The notes: generated from the sequence alone by a model not told the origin. A stretch of 36,734 nucleotides of DNA from Methanobacteriota archaeon (GCA_009936765.1 JAACDL010000190.1:1-36734), one strand, 5' to 3'; shown: positions 22,829 to 32,125, counted from the stretch's first letter. A program made the numbers and translations.

Positions 22829-24871
22829 TCACAGTAATTTATGCATCATTTCCGTTGCATCTTTGGCCGCATTAGGACAAAGTGCACGCTTCCAAAGTGA
22901 GATTGCTTCTGCTAGAGATGAGAATGGGTTGTGTGTCTTGTAAACTGCTCGCAAATACCAAATTTTGGCTGCTATTCTTCTAGCTGAATTCAGATTGTTT
23001 TGAGATGCTGAACTTGGTAGTTCTATCTTATTCAAAAGCGATGCAGCCCTTTTGTCATCACACTTCTGGACTATGGACAGTTGTAACATAATTGCACGTA
23101 AGCCCGACCTCGAAAATACAGTGTCAACCAAGTTATCAAATGATGATGAACCCGGAGTTGATTGAGCGATTTCATCGCGCAGTTTAAGTGACTTTAGTTG
23201 AGGATCTTCACTGTGAGAAATGGATTCTAAATTATCCCTTATCTCTGCAGCTTCAGTCCAATTTCTATTTGCGATATACCATGAGTGGCGGATGTGGGCA
23301 ATTGCAACAAGTATGATTTTCTTCATATCATCAGTAACTTGACTGAAATCGAGTTTATCCAATAATTTGATGATGTCATTACCAGGAGTTTGACCGGGTA
23401 TTCTATCATCTAACCTTCTAGATGCTTCTGACAAGATTAGCCTTGAATCAGAGTTCTCTGGAATTGCCAAATCAGTATTTCCCTCCAATAACGAAAGTGA
23501 ATATTCTAAATCAGGAGCATCGCAATTTGCTAAATGCTCAGATGCCATTTCTGGCTCTCCCCTCTCGATTGCAACCATCGCCGCAATTCTATGCAATGAT
23601 TTCGATGGACTTCGATATATTGCGTCTCCAATCAATGTAGCTAATCCTGCACTAGACCTTACCATCAGGGCTTCAGCGTTGGAAAGCAAATGTGATTCGA
23701 TATCTCCACCAGAATTCAAGATATGATGCATCTCAACTAATCTAGCAAGATCTCCTTTTATTCTTGACCAATAGTTTGCAGCCTTTTTGTGGTCGACTTC
23801 TGTAAGCATAGTCGAGCGTACGTTTCTAACCAGATGATGTAACTCAACACCGCTTTCTAACCACCTTATCAGTGCATGATCATCTAATTCTAGTAAATGA
23901 TTTTCATGTTGTAATAAATCTGAAGGAACCGGAACTGGCAATAATGATAATTCGTCCAAACCTACTATCTCTTGACCCAGATTAGACAACACTACATCTC
24001 TAACCCATTCTTGTAAATCTGAACCTGCTTCGGGCAATACTGATTTTTCATCATGCATTTGCAAGGCTAATGGATGCCCACCTAACCTTTCAGCAACTAA
24101 CTCTCGATCTTCCAAATGAACTGGCAATAATGTAACTGCATCTTCAATTTCTAATGGAGGTACTTCTACAATTGTAAAACCTTCACTAATCGGTATTGGA
24201 GCGCGACTAGCCATGATCACATGTGGTGATTTTTGTACAAATTGTTCCAACCTCCCAAGATGTCTTTGATTTACTTCTTGTACTTCATCTAGAATTAACA
24301 CTTCATTTTTTGTTAGGTTTAGATTGGCTTCCTCGCTACTATGTTCAAGACCCCACTCCTGAAAAATTTGTGTAATATCCTTGAACGATTCCATAGTGGC
24401 GAAACGCACAGTTTTGCCTTCCCCTACCAACTCATCTGCAATACAGCGTAATAACGATGTTTTACCAATCCCGGGAAGGCCAGTGAGGATCAATTTTGAT
24501 ACATCTTTCAAATTACTAATTAGAGAGTTCCTACCCTTCAACAAAGTTTGTGCTGGAGGGTTTCCTAACAATTCCCCAATCTTAACTTTAGTTGGAATTT
24601 CTACGCCTTCACACTCAGCACGACCTGCAACTGTGATGTGATACACTTTCCTTTTTCGGCTGCCTCCGCCAATAACATGGGCTTTCCTTTCAACGATCAA
24701 ATTCTTAGATATTAATTCGTTTAGAGGTGCGTGTAATGCGGAACGAACGACGCCTAGATATTCGGATAATCCAGGAAGGCAAATCTCTCTAGGAACATCC
24801 CATGCAGAGTCTAAACTTGAGGGGAATGTAGCAAGCCGGGCTAGAATTCTTGCCTCTGGCCCGGTCACCAT
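22829..24871 (-). CDS. STAND-class (NB-ARC / AP-ATPase-like) P-loop NTPase with an N-terminal winged-helix DNA-binding domain and a C-terminal helical-repeat region
   Basis: 680 aa. wHTH: LSEYLGVVRSALHAPLNELISKNLIVERK plus wing GGGSRKRKVYHIT. Walker A LTGLPGIGKTSL (about nt 24470-24490), Walker B EVLILDEVQEV, HVIMASRAP (TTR/RNBS-B-like), LGGHPLALQM (GxP/GLPLAL motif, about nt 24066-24087). About 330 aa of helical sequence follow. Confidence 0.8.
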   Translation of the reverse strand: MVTGPEARILARLATFPSSLDSAWDVPREICLPGLSEYLGVVRSALHAPLNELISKNLIVERKAHVIGGGSRKRKVYHITVAGRAECEGVEIPTKVKIGELLGNPPAQTLLKGRNSLISNLKDVSKLILTGLPGIGKTSLLRCIADELVGEGKTVRFATMESFKDITQIFQEWGLEHSSEEANLNLTKNEVLILDEVQEVNQRHLGRLEQFVQKSPHVIMASRAPIPISEGFTIVEVPPLEIEDAVTLLPVHLEDRELVAERLGGHPLALQMHDEKSVLPEAGSDLQEWVRDVVLSNLGQEIVGLDELSLLPVPVPSDLLQHENHLLELDDHALIRWLESGVELHHLVRNVRSTMLTEVDHKKAANYWSRIKGDLARLVEMHHILNSGGDIESHLLSNAEALMVRSSAGLATLIGDAIYRSPSKSLHRIAAMVAIERGEPEMASEHLANCDAPDLEYSLSLLEGNTDLAIPENSDSRLILSEASRRLDDRIPGQTPGNDIIKLLDKLDFSQVTDDMKKIILVAIAHIRHSWYIANRNWTEAAEIRDNLESISHSEDPQLKSLKLRDEIAQSTPGSSSFDNLVDTVFSRSGLRAIMLQLSIVQKCDDKRAASLLNKIELPSSASQNNLNSARRIAAKIWYLRAVYKTHNPFSSLAEAISLWKRALCPNAAKDATEMMHKLL

Positions 24872-24958
24872 GTTAGTTCGTTATCGCTCATCAATGATGT
24901 TTCTTGCCCCTATCTGATTGGCGATGTATTCTTCATCCACCGACACTACAAGCGATTC

Positions 24959-26683
24959 ATGCCGGTGGATCCTGATACGGTCGATCTCCCGGCCAAACCA
25001 GGGGTATACCTTTTCCGTACATCGAAAGCAAGAGTACTGTACGTTGGAAAAGCAACTGTTCTTTCACAACGAATCCGTTCTTACTTTGCCTCAAACCCCG
25101 ATAGAGCAATGATTCCAGAATTAGTAAACAAAGCGGATGAAATTGAATGTATAGTAACCAACTCTCCACAAGAAGCGTTGATTCTGGAGAGGCAATTAAT
25201 CAGGCAACATAGGCCAAGATACAACTCTATGTTGAAAGATGACAAATCATATCCTTATCTCTCGCTAACCAAAGAAGAATTTCCTAGAATAATGTACACA
25301 CGCTACCCTCCAAATGACTCCTGGAAATGGGGGCCCTTTCCTAATGCGGCTGCTGCAAAACAAGTTGTTCAACTATTGAGAAGGCATTTCGGAATCAGAG
25401 ACTGCAAAGAATTGCTACCACAAGGTTGTCTAGCAATGCATATCGGGCTATGCGCAGGACCGTGTATAACCGCTGGAGATTATTCTCAAAGAGTTGCTAG
25501 CGTAAGGAGAATACTCGACGGAGATGCTACTGATTTGATCGAAGAACTCGCTCTAGAAATGGATACATTTTCAACTAATCAAGAATATGAAAGGGCTGCT
25601 TCAATTAGAGATATGATCAAGGCGGTGAGAACTGTCACAAGTCAGCAAGTGATATCTTCAACCGTATACAGAGACTGTGATGCAATTGGGATTGGTGTCA
25701 AGGGCGAACTTGCGGCAATCGTAGTCATTCATGCAGATGATGGAGCCATCAAAGGTCAGGAAGCTTGGCCGTTAATCCATCGTGGTGATGAAGGTGACTC
25801 AATCTCAAGTTTCGTCGTTGAACACTATTCAAACAGGAGACCTCCTCGACTATTACTGACTCCAATCCCACTAAATGAAACAATAGTTGAATGGCTTGCT
25901 GAACGACGAGGTTCAAATGTCGAAAATAGAACTCCATCACGTGGAGACTTTGTTACCCTAACTAATCTAGCAAGACAAAATGCTGAGATGCAAATTGAAA
26001 GAATGTCAAACAAGGCATCTGGCTCTTTGGAACAGAGAGCTGCAGATGAAGCTGCGAGATTGTTATCTATGGATTCACTTGACCATATCGTTTGTTTCGA
26101 TATGGCGCAACTACTTGGAGATTCAAGAGTCGGAGCAAGTGTCTGTCTTCGCAATGGAAGGCCTGCAAAGAAAGAATACCGCACCTATACGGTGAAAGGG
26201 GATGCTATGGATGACCTCAGAATGATGAGAGAAGTTGTCGAGCGCTGGATAAAGAGAGTTGAAGATTGGCCAGATTTATTGCTCATAGATGGAGGGGAAA
26301 CTCACCTATCCATCATCGCTAAAATGTTGGAAAAGCATGGAGTTAGGGATCGTATGCAACTAGCAAGTCTTGCTAAAAGAGAAGAAACGATTCACAGAGA
26401 AGGACTAGAAGACATTATTCTGGATAGAAGAGGCCGAGTGCTAGTTCATGCTCGTGATGAAGCGCATAGGTTTGTGAATAAATTCCATCGTAAAAGTCGA
26501 GCACAAAGTCGTTTGTCAGACCCTCTTGAAAATGTTAGCGGCCTTGGGGCTAAGAAATTACAATCCCTGATTAGGCATTTTGGCGGAAGACAAGGCATCA
26601 CTCATGCAACTGTGAAAGACCTGAAGACTGTTCCTGGGATTGGCCACTCCTTGGCCAAGAGAATTTATGATTCTCTTCACTAA
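24959..26683 (+). CDS. uvrC: Excinuclease ABC subunit C (UvrC)
   Basis: 574 aa. GIY-YIG: PGVYLFRTSKARVLYVGKATVLSQRIRSYF ... ECIVTNSPQEALILERQLIRQHRPRYN. UVR motif: EYERAASIRDMIKAV. RNase H-like endonuclease region. C-terminal (HhH)2: VSGLGAKKLQSLIRHFG ... LKTVPGIGHSLAKRIYDSL. Confidence 0.95.
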   Translation: MPVDPDTVDLPAKPGVYLFRTSKARVLYVGKATVLSQRIRSYFASNPDRAMIPELVNKADEIECIVTNSPQEALILERQLIRQHRPRYNSMLKDDKSYPYLSLTKEEFPRIMYTRYPPNDSWKWGPFPNAAAAKQVVQLLRRHFGIRDCKELLPQGCLAMHIGLCAGPCITAGDYSQRVASVRRILDGDATDLIEELALEMDTFSTNQEYERAASIRDMIKAVRTVTSQQVISSTVYRDCDAIGIGVKGELAAIVVIHADDGAIKGQEAWPLIHRGDEGDSISSFVVEHYSNRRPPRLLLTPIPLNETIVEWLAERRGSNVENRTPSRGDFVTLTNLARQNAEMQIERMSNKASGSLEQRAADEAARLLSMDSLDHIVCFDMAQLLGDSRVGASVCLRNGRPAKKEYRTYTVKGDAMDDLRMMREVVERWIKRVEDWPDLLLIDGGETHLSIIAKMLEKHGVRDRMQLASLAKREETIHREGLEDIILDRRGRVLVHARDEAHRFVNKFHRKSRAQSRLSDPLENVSGLGAKKLQSLIRHFGGRQGITHATVKDLKTVPGIGHSLAKRIYDSLH

Positions 26684-29664
26684 TCCCATTTGTCGCCGTA
26701 CAAATTATCATCATCGTACATGTTAAAATCGCCACTACTTGGAGTAGAAGGGTCATATCCTGTGCTTAGTGAATTGAAATCAGAATCAGAAAGTCCTCCT
26801 TTACCACTTGAAACAATCTTGTTTTCTGTAGCATTAAGTGCCTGGTTCTTTCTTTTCTTCTTCTTCCTTCTAGCTCTAACCCGCCAAATAATCAATGACA
26901 ATAGAATTGTTGGATAAATCCAAATTTGCATAAACACAAACCACCATGATACTTTGACACTGAAGACAAATTCATCACCTGCAGTGAAAGACTCAAGAGA
27001 GATTGTAATCTTCTGTCGCCCATCATCAGTAGTTACTTCTTCCCAGCCGTTTGCCGTTTGGAAGTTTTCTAGGGTGATGCCATCTGGAAGAACGAATGTA
27101 ATTTCTCCACGCAATTCCGACTCGGTTTCTTCATGTTCGATTTCAGTAGATTCTATCTTAAATTCGAAAGGTGCGCCATTATTATCTGCTGTTAATCCAG
27201 AGCCACCCATTTGTAAAAATTGTAATCCAAAATTAGTGAATGCATTGCTGAAAGAATTAGCCATATTGATTATTGGAGAGTAAAATGCGGTTGTGATTCC
27301 GACTGTTGGGTCCCCATTTGTGATTCCACCCCAACCATTTGTAACACCCGCTTCCATAGTAAATTCCGGTATTCTAACAGATAACCTGATTGGAGTTTCA
27401 TCACCCATTGAGGCTCCGATATTTCCTAAGTTTTCTAAGGATGTAATAATCTGAATCCCAGACAAATCTAATTCAGCATTATCATTTTTTGCGCTTATTT
27501 CTTTGGCTTCCCGATGGATGTTTTCGGTTAATTCTTGACCAAGATCATCTATGAAATCTTCAAGGCCACTAGTTGTCAATTCGATTGTAGCATTCTCATC
27601 CCCACCTAAATCCACTTCTTCAAAATGGGGCTCAATCAGTCTGTCAGTGATATCTAGTCCTAAACGAATTAAATCTGAAGGGATTACCTCCATGGTAATT
27701 GTTGTATTTTCAGATTGCATTTTATCTAATACTTTATCTGGAATTTTTACTCTGTATACATCTATAGTTGCTGTGAAAGATGCTGTAACATCAATACTTG
27801 GGCCCCACTCGTTGAAGTCTAAGTCACTGACATCAAAGTCAACATCGAGATCTATACATGACCAATCTGCTCTATCGGCAGAACATATTTCGTTGTCATC
27901 ATCATCCAGAATGGCATGCCTAGGATCGTATGCATTCGGTCCAGACATAGATATTCCAAGTTCGTCCAAACCATTGGTTCTTTCAACCAAAATGATTGAT
28001 GATTCTCCAGTGGCGGCTTGCATCCATACCGGCAAAATCAACTCAAGGGTCAGCTCTGTGGGAGGAAGTTCACTCGGAATCATTTTTTGTAAAAGGTCCT
28101 GCCCGAATTGAGATTCAATACTCAAGCCGGAGTCTAGTAGTTTCTTCAAATCACTTTCCTGAATTACATCCAAAATCCCTGTTGAATCGTTTATTTCCTG
28201 TTTTAGTAAATCGAGAATATGTAATTCAAATGAATTCGATGAAGCCCGAAGGTAAATTGGATTGTTACCGTCCATAGCATTGGGTCCTTCAATACAATAG
28301 TTCACCACCGTACCCGGAGGCAACGTTTCAGGACATCCAGAATGAGTATGATTCAGGCCCCCCGAAGGTTCAGGTATACCAATTGCTATCGAATTTGAAA
28401 CCCATGTTGGACTATTTATTTCGACTGAGCCTACACCTGGCACTGCATCTTCTACTGCATTACCGACTCTATCCATAGGGAAATTATCAGCGAAGTCGTC
28501 TAATTCAATCAAGTCATTGTGATAAGCCAATCGGATACCGTCAGATGTAACCCACGGAACCTTAGCATTTTGAGTTACGTCAACCAAAGAAATACCCCAG
28601 TCATCCATAGTACTCTTATCGATGTGGTTAATTCCTGCAATGATATCTATCCATGCCGAGTTTTCATCCGACATATCTAGAGTGACGTCCAAGGTAATAC
28701 CTGTATCCAAAGGAGTTACTTCTACGCTGCTAGTCTGAGTTGAATTACGATGGCCGATCTCAACACTAACATCTTGAGAGATTCGTTCCCCCAATATTGG
28801 TGCATCCAAATTGTCGATTAACCATTGAGCAGCCAGATATGATGGAGGGCCAGCTCTGATAACTTGAACTCCTCCAGAATCAACACCTTTCACTGTTGCG
28901 AAATCTGGTGGATTAATCACGAATACTGAGGAATGGCCAGGTTCGCTAAACAACTCGAATTCAGATGTTATGTCCGAGCCCATTACTAGCATACCACGGT
29001 ATACTCGATCAAGAGTCAAAGGGTCCACAGTACCAAGGTTGAAGGTCGAAGTTGATAATGAGACAGTTGCTGACACTGTGAAGCATATTGGAGGGTCAAA
29101 TACATTGTTTGAGAGTCCACCCTCAGCTGCAGTATCAGTGTTAGGGTCATCGCTACATGTCGTGGTTATTCCAGAGTTTGAAATTGAATTAACGTAATCT
29201 GTAGAGATTTCATTTACAGTTCCAAAACCATTACCAAGCAACTCCTCAATAGTATCGTTAACCTCTGAAACTAACTTTTCCTTGACGGTAGGAGTGCCTG
29301 CACCAGCGGTTGTTTGATCGAAGTAATTACGAATGAGGTCGGCAGGTGCACCATCTTGTGCACTCATTCCTTCGGCCGCTAATGCTGCATTCATGGCAGC
29401 ACCATCCAGACCTAATGTGGAACGGTTGAACTCATATAATGCCCAAGACATTTCCATCTCAATAGTTGAGGTGTCTACCAAATCGAACTCGTAAACTCCT
29501 TCAATCCAATCTTGTTGGTTTTCAGTACCATCATCTGCTTTATCCCAAGTATCACAGACTCCGCCGTTGATAGTACATGCTTGCATTCCAGTTGCACTAG
29601 CAAGAGGTGCTAGAATTGAAATTGCAAATAAGAAAATTAGAGAAAATGCTAGTCTCGACTTCAT
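26680..29664 (-). CDS. Large (about 995 aa) type-I anchored surface protein with no recognisable domain
   Basis: Signal peptide MKSRLAFSLIFLFAISILAPLASA (I prefer the ATG at 29664, with GGGTGGT just upstream; 29676 and 29709 are possible). Acidic ectodomain, TM FMQIWIYPTILLSLIIW, then RVRARRKKKKRK and an approximately 60-aa tail. Its stop codon overlaps the uvrC stop (convergent). Confidence 0.8.
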   Translation of the reverse strand: MKSRLAFSLIFLFAISILAPLASATGMQACTINGGVCDTWDKADDGTENQQDWIEGVYEFDLVDTSTIEMEMSWALYEFNRSTLGLDGAAMNAALAAEGMSAQDGAPADLIRNYFDQTTAGAGTPTVKEKLVSEVNDTIEELLGNGFGTVNEISTDYVNSISNSGITTTCSDDPNTDTAAEGGLSNNVFDPPICFTVSATVSLSTSTFNLGTVDPLTLDRVYRGMLVMGSDITSEFELFSEPGHSSVFVINPPDFATVKGVDSGGVQVIRAGPPSYLAAQWLIDNLDAPILGERISQDVSVEIGHRNSTQTSSVEVTPLDTGITLDVTLDMSDENSAWIDIIAGINHIDKSTMDDWGISLVDVTQNAKVPWVTSDGIRLAYHNDLIELDDFADNFPMDRVGNAVEDAVPGVGSVEINSPTWVSNSIAIGIPEPSGGLNHTHSGCPETLPPGTVVNYCIEGPNAMDGNNPIYLRASSNSFELHILDLLKQEINDSTGILDVIQESDLKKLLDSGLSIESQFGQDLLQKMIPSELPPTELTLELILPVWMQAATGESSIILVERTNGLDELGISMSGPNAYDPRHAILDDDDNEICSADRADWSCIDLDVDFDVSDLDFNEWGPSIDVTASFTATIDVYRVKIPDKVLDKMQSENTTITMEVIPSDLIRLGLDITDRLIEPHFEEVDLGGDENATIELTTSGLEDFIDDLGQELTENIHREAKEISAKNDNAELDLSGIQIITSLENLGNIGASMGDETPIRLSVRIPEFTMEAGVTNGWGGITNGDPTVGITTAFYSPIINMANSFSNAFTNFGLQFLQMGGSGLTADNNGAPFEFKIESTEIEHEETESELRGEITFVLPDGITLENFQTANGWEEVTTDDGRQKITISLESFTAGDEFVFSVKVSWWFVFMQIWIYPTILLSLIIWRVRARRKKKKRKNQALNATENKIVSSGKGGLSDSDFNSLSTGYDPSTPSSGDFNMYDDDNLYGDKWD

Positions 29665-29821
29665 GCTACCACCCATTCCTACACTGGGACATTTAACATG
29701 GTTTGCCAACCTGCAGTCAATTGTGACCCTCTCTTACGCATACTTGTGTGGTCGAGATGTGGCCTCAGATGAGTACCAACGTCTGAAGGATGAAGGAAAA
29801 ATAAATTCTAATTTGAAGCCG

Positions 29822-30697
29822 ATGCCTTACAAAGAAATGATAGCAATACCTGTTTTGGATGGTGAGTTAAAGTTGAAATTTGATTGTGTTGAAAGGCACA
29901 ATCCCCATGAGAGACTAGAGCTGATTTTGGATGAGCCTCCTCGCAGATGGGAAAAACTGGGAGACATGGTCATATTCCAGAATGGAACAGATACTACAGA
30001 TTGGCCCTTAGAGAAAGTTGCTATTGCCCTTGGTGCTAAACGTATAGCGATTCAGGGAGAAATAGACTCTGGAATAAGAAGGAAGTCTCAGTTAGAACTG
30101 ATCTATGGTGAAGACGGATGGGTAGTGCATAGAGAGAATTTTGTTGAATATGAATTCGATGCCACGGCCGTCATGTTCTCATCTGGGAATGTCACAGAGA
30201 GAAGAAGAATGGGTGAGTTACAAACTGAAGGAGAAATAATTGTCGATGCTTACTGCGGTATTGGCTACTACACATTGCAATTCCTAACTCGCGGTAAGGC
30301 AGAGCATGTTCATGCTTGTGAGATAAATCCAGACAGCATTTTGGCACTAAGTAAAGGTTTACAGAGAAATTTTGTCTCAGACAAATGCACGATATATGAA
30401 GGAGATAATCGTGATACTATGAAGCAATTATCTGGAATTGCAGACAGAGTAATCCTTGGGCTAATCCCTTCATCGATGAAAACATGGGGATTAGCGATTA
30501 ACTGTCTGAAACAAGAGGGTGGAGTAATTCACGTACACATGAATGTTCATGAAGATGAGATTGAAGAATGGGCTGAAAAAACAACTGAATGGTTTTCCAC
30601 TGTAAGTGGTAAAGTTGCTACACGTATTCATTTAGAAGACGTCAAACAATATTGCCCACGCATCAGACATATTGTTCTAGATTTGAAAATTAGTTAA
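29822..30697 (+). CDS. taw2: tRNA wyosine-derivative biosynthesis enzyme Taw2/TYW2-like (Met-10+ family aminocarboxypropyltransferase)
   Basis: WVVHRENFVEYEFDATAVMFSSGNVTERRRM, IVDAYCGIGYYTLQF (SAM-binding loop), ACEINPDS and ADRVILGLIPSS (the LGLIPSS signature of TYW2/TRMT12, as opposed to the NLP of Trm5, recalled from memory). The track ORF start at 29567 overlaps the divergent gene and is rejected. I chose the ATG at 29822; GTG at 29759 is possible. Confidence 0.7.
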   Translation: MPYKEMIAIPVLDGELKLKFDCVERHNPHERLELILDEPPRRWEKLGDMVIFQNGTDTTDWPLEKVAIALGAKRIAIQGEIDSGIRRKSQLELIYGEDGWVVHRENFVEYEFDATAVMFSSGNVTERRRMGELQTEGEIIVDAYCGIGYYTLQFLTRGKAEHVHACEINPDSILALSKGLQRNFVSDKCTIYEGDNRDTMKQLSGIADRVILGLIPSSMKTWGLAINCLKQEGGVIHVHMNVHEDEIEEWAEKTTEWFSTVSGKVATRIHLEDVKQYCPRIRHIVLDLKIS

Positions 30698-31620
30698 TCT
30701 TCCGGGCCCAGAAGAATTGCATCTGGCTCTTCTTCTCTACTACCTACGAAAATCACGTAACTAGCAATGCAAACCCCGATTATAACCATTGAGATTGTTA
30801 CTTTCCCTGCTGTTGTTGAAAAGAAAGATTGCGTTTCAACAACTTCAGAATCCGCATCTCCAGGAATCACTCCAATCATTTCAACATTCGAAATATGTAC
30901 TTCCCAAATAGGCCTTCCTGCAGAAGAAGCAGGGTTTACTACAATCTCTTCTCCAGTTGGGTCATCTGATGTTGGCACCGTTGCAATTGCTCTTACATGG
31001 CTCATTCCATTTCTTACAATTCCAAATGTGACATATCCTTCATCCTCCCTGTTTTCAGGGTCTAATTGATGTGCTTCTGTTTCGGCGATATACCACTGGG
31101 AGTCTGCACTATCGGGGTCTTGCCCGCGTGCCATACCAATAGCGCCATCTACATGAGACAATTTCTCATGGTGCTCCATGTCCAAATTTTCTCCTGTTCC
31201 TCCACTGCCGCATTGTGCACTTGTAGCCGGATAAACTGCAACTGTTTTGCAAGTAGGGTCTCCTGCTTGAGCTACGAAATCATCAATCACTCTGTGGAAG
31301 AAAATACCATTATAGATATCAGCCTCAACATTCTTGATCATATTTGTTGTAGTTTCAGGAGCCCATTCTTCGAATAATTCAATCACGATTTCACCTTGTA
31401 CTGATGCACCAAGGTGGCTAGGTTTGTATTCGACTTCGATTACCAATACTGCATCGCCTGCTCGAGGCTCATCCATAGGCGAACCTTCTAATTCTGGTCC
31501 ATCAATCCAACCCGACATATCGACTTCGAATTCTCTCCAGTCTCCATCTCCGGTCTCATAATTTGCACCAGCAATTGGACTCAGAACGAGCACGCTTAGC
31601 AGAATTGCAATGGCTCGCAT
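30694..31620 (-). CDS. Cyclophilin-type peptidyl-prolyl cis-trans isomerase, secreted and C-terminally membrane-anchored
   Basis: Signal peptide MRAIAILLSVLVLSPIAGA (the ATG at 31620 is preceded by GGAGTG at 4 nt; the track start is a TTG). Cyclophilin core: GEIVIELFEEWAPETTTNMIKN, FFHRVIDDFVAQAGDP, GAIGMARGQDPDSADSQWYI, GYVTFGIVRNGMSHV. C-terminal TM ISMVIIGVCIASYVIFV. Confidence 0.85.
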   Translation of the reverse strand: MRAIAILLSVLVLSPIAGANYETGDGDWREFEVDMSGWIDGPELEGSPMDEPRAGDAVLVIEVEYKPSHLGASVQGEIVIELFEEWAPETTTNMIKNVEADIYNGIFFHRVIDDFVAQAGDPTCKTVAVYPATSAQCGSGGTGENLDMEHHEKLSHVDGAIGMARGQDPDSADSQWYIAETEAHQLDPENREDEGYVTFGIVRNGMSHVRAIATVPTSDDPTGEEIVVNPASSAGRPIWEVHISNVEMIGVIPGDADSEVVETQSFFSTTAGKVTISMVIIGVCIASYVIFVGSREEEPDAILLGPED

Positions 31621-31651
31621 GTAACACTCCAATCATTCAAACATCATGAAA

Positions 31652-32038
31652 TCATTCTTGACGTGCTTTTCTTGCATGGATGAAAGATTGTACACAGAAA
31701 TAGGTGTATGCTGAGCCTGTTAATAGTAGCATTAGCATCGAACCTGATGCGTAATTACTCCCGTCAGACATGACCATGAAAAAGCGAGTCCCCCCTAATG
31801 CGCACAATAATCCAAAAGTTGCAGCAATATGCATCCACAACTTCCTTTTCTCAGGAATCTTTGCAGCAAGAATACCAGACAAAAGAAGAGGTATTCCTAA
31901 CAAGGACGGGAAGAAAGATGTTATCGAGTCAGAATCGGAAACTACTGATATTACGATTCCCCAAATAATCAGAAAGCCGCCATATCCAGAAGTTATAGTC
32001 GGAATTGTCTGGCCTGCCACTGTATACTGCTCGCTCAT
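31652..32038 (-). CDS. Small hypothetical membrane protein (about 4 TM)
   Basis: 128-aa ORF made of hydrophobic segments (GGFLIIWGIVISVV, LLGIPLLLSGILAA, HIAATFGLLCALGG, MLMLLLTGSAYTYF) with a basic C-terminus. No family recognised. Confidence 0.55.
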   Translation of the reverse strand: MSEQYTVAGQTIPTITSGYGGFLIIWGIVISVVSDSDSITSFFPSLLGIPLLLSGILAAKIPEKRKLWMHIAATFGLLCALGGTRFFMVMSDGSNYASGSMLMLLLTGSAYTYFCVQSFIHARKARQE

Positions 32039-32125
32039 GATTGGCGCTAAGTTAGCAACTCTTTGATGATTTGTGTCATGAACGGCTCTAGAGAAGGCTG
32101 ATGAGTGAGATTCTCATCGTCTCTC

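Noticed and set aside
24889-24899. A short palindrome CATCA-A-TGATG in the STAND/uvrC divergent spacer, as a possible damage-response or STAND operator
   Set aside because: It has only 5-bp arms, which is easily expected by chance in AT-rich spacer DNA. I have no second copy or conservation evidence.
27551-28111. Other long antisense ORFs in the track: 27551-28111 (+186 aa), 17110-17577 (+155 aa), 3559-3951 (+130 aa), 11896-12273 (+125 aa), 25825-26184 (-119 aa), 5725-6060 (+111 aa), 12759-13091 (+110 aa), 31066-31377 (+103 aa)
   Set aside because: Each lies fully or largely (11896-12273 spans the gene junction at 12057/12098) inside a much longer opposite-strand ORF that has clear family motifs or signal-peptide/TM architecture. 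Their own translations are Ser/Pro/Leu-rich with no recognisable features.
29567-29821. The N-terminal 85 codons of the track's 376-aa Taw2 ORF
   Set aside because: This extension overlaps the signal-peptide-coding start of the divergent 1009-aa gene. The extra residues are not part of the Met-10+/TYW2 fold, and archaeal Taw2 proteins are about 250-290 aa as far as I recall.
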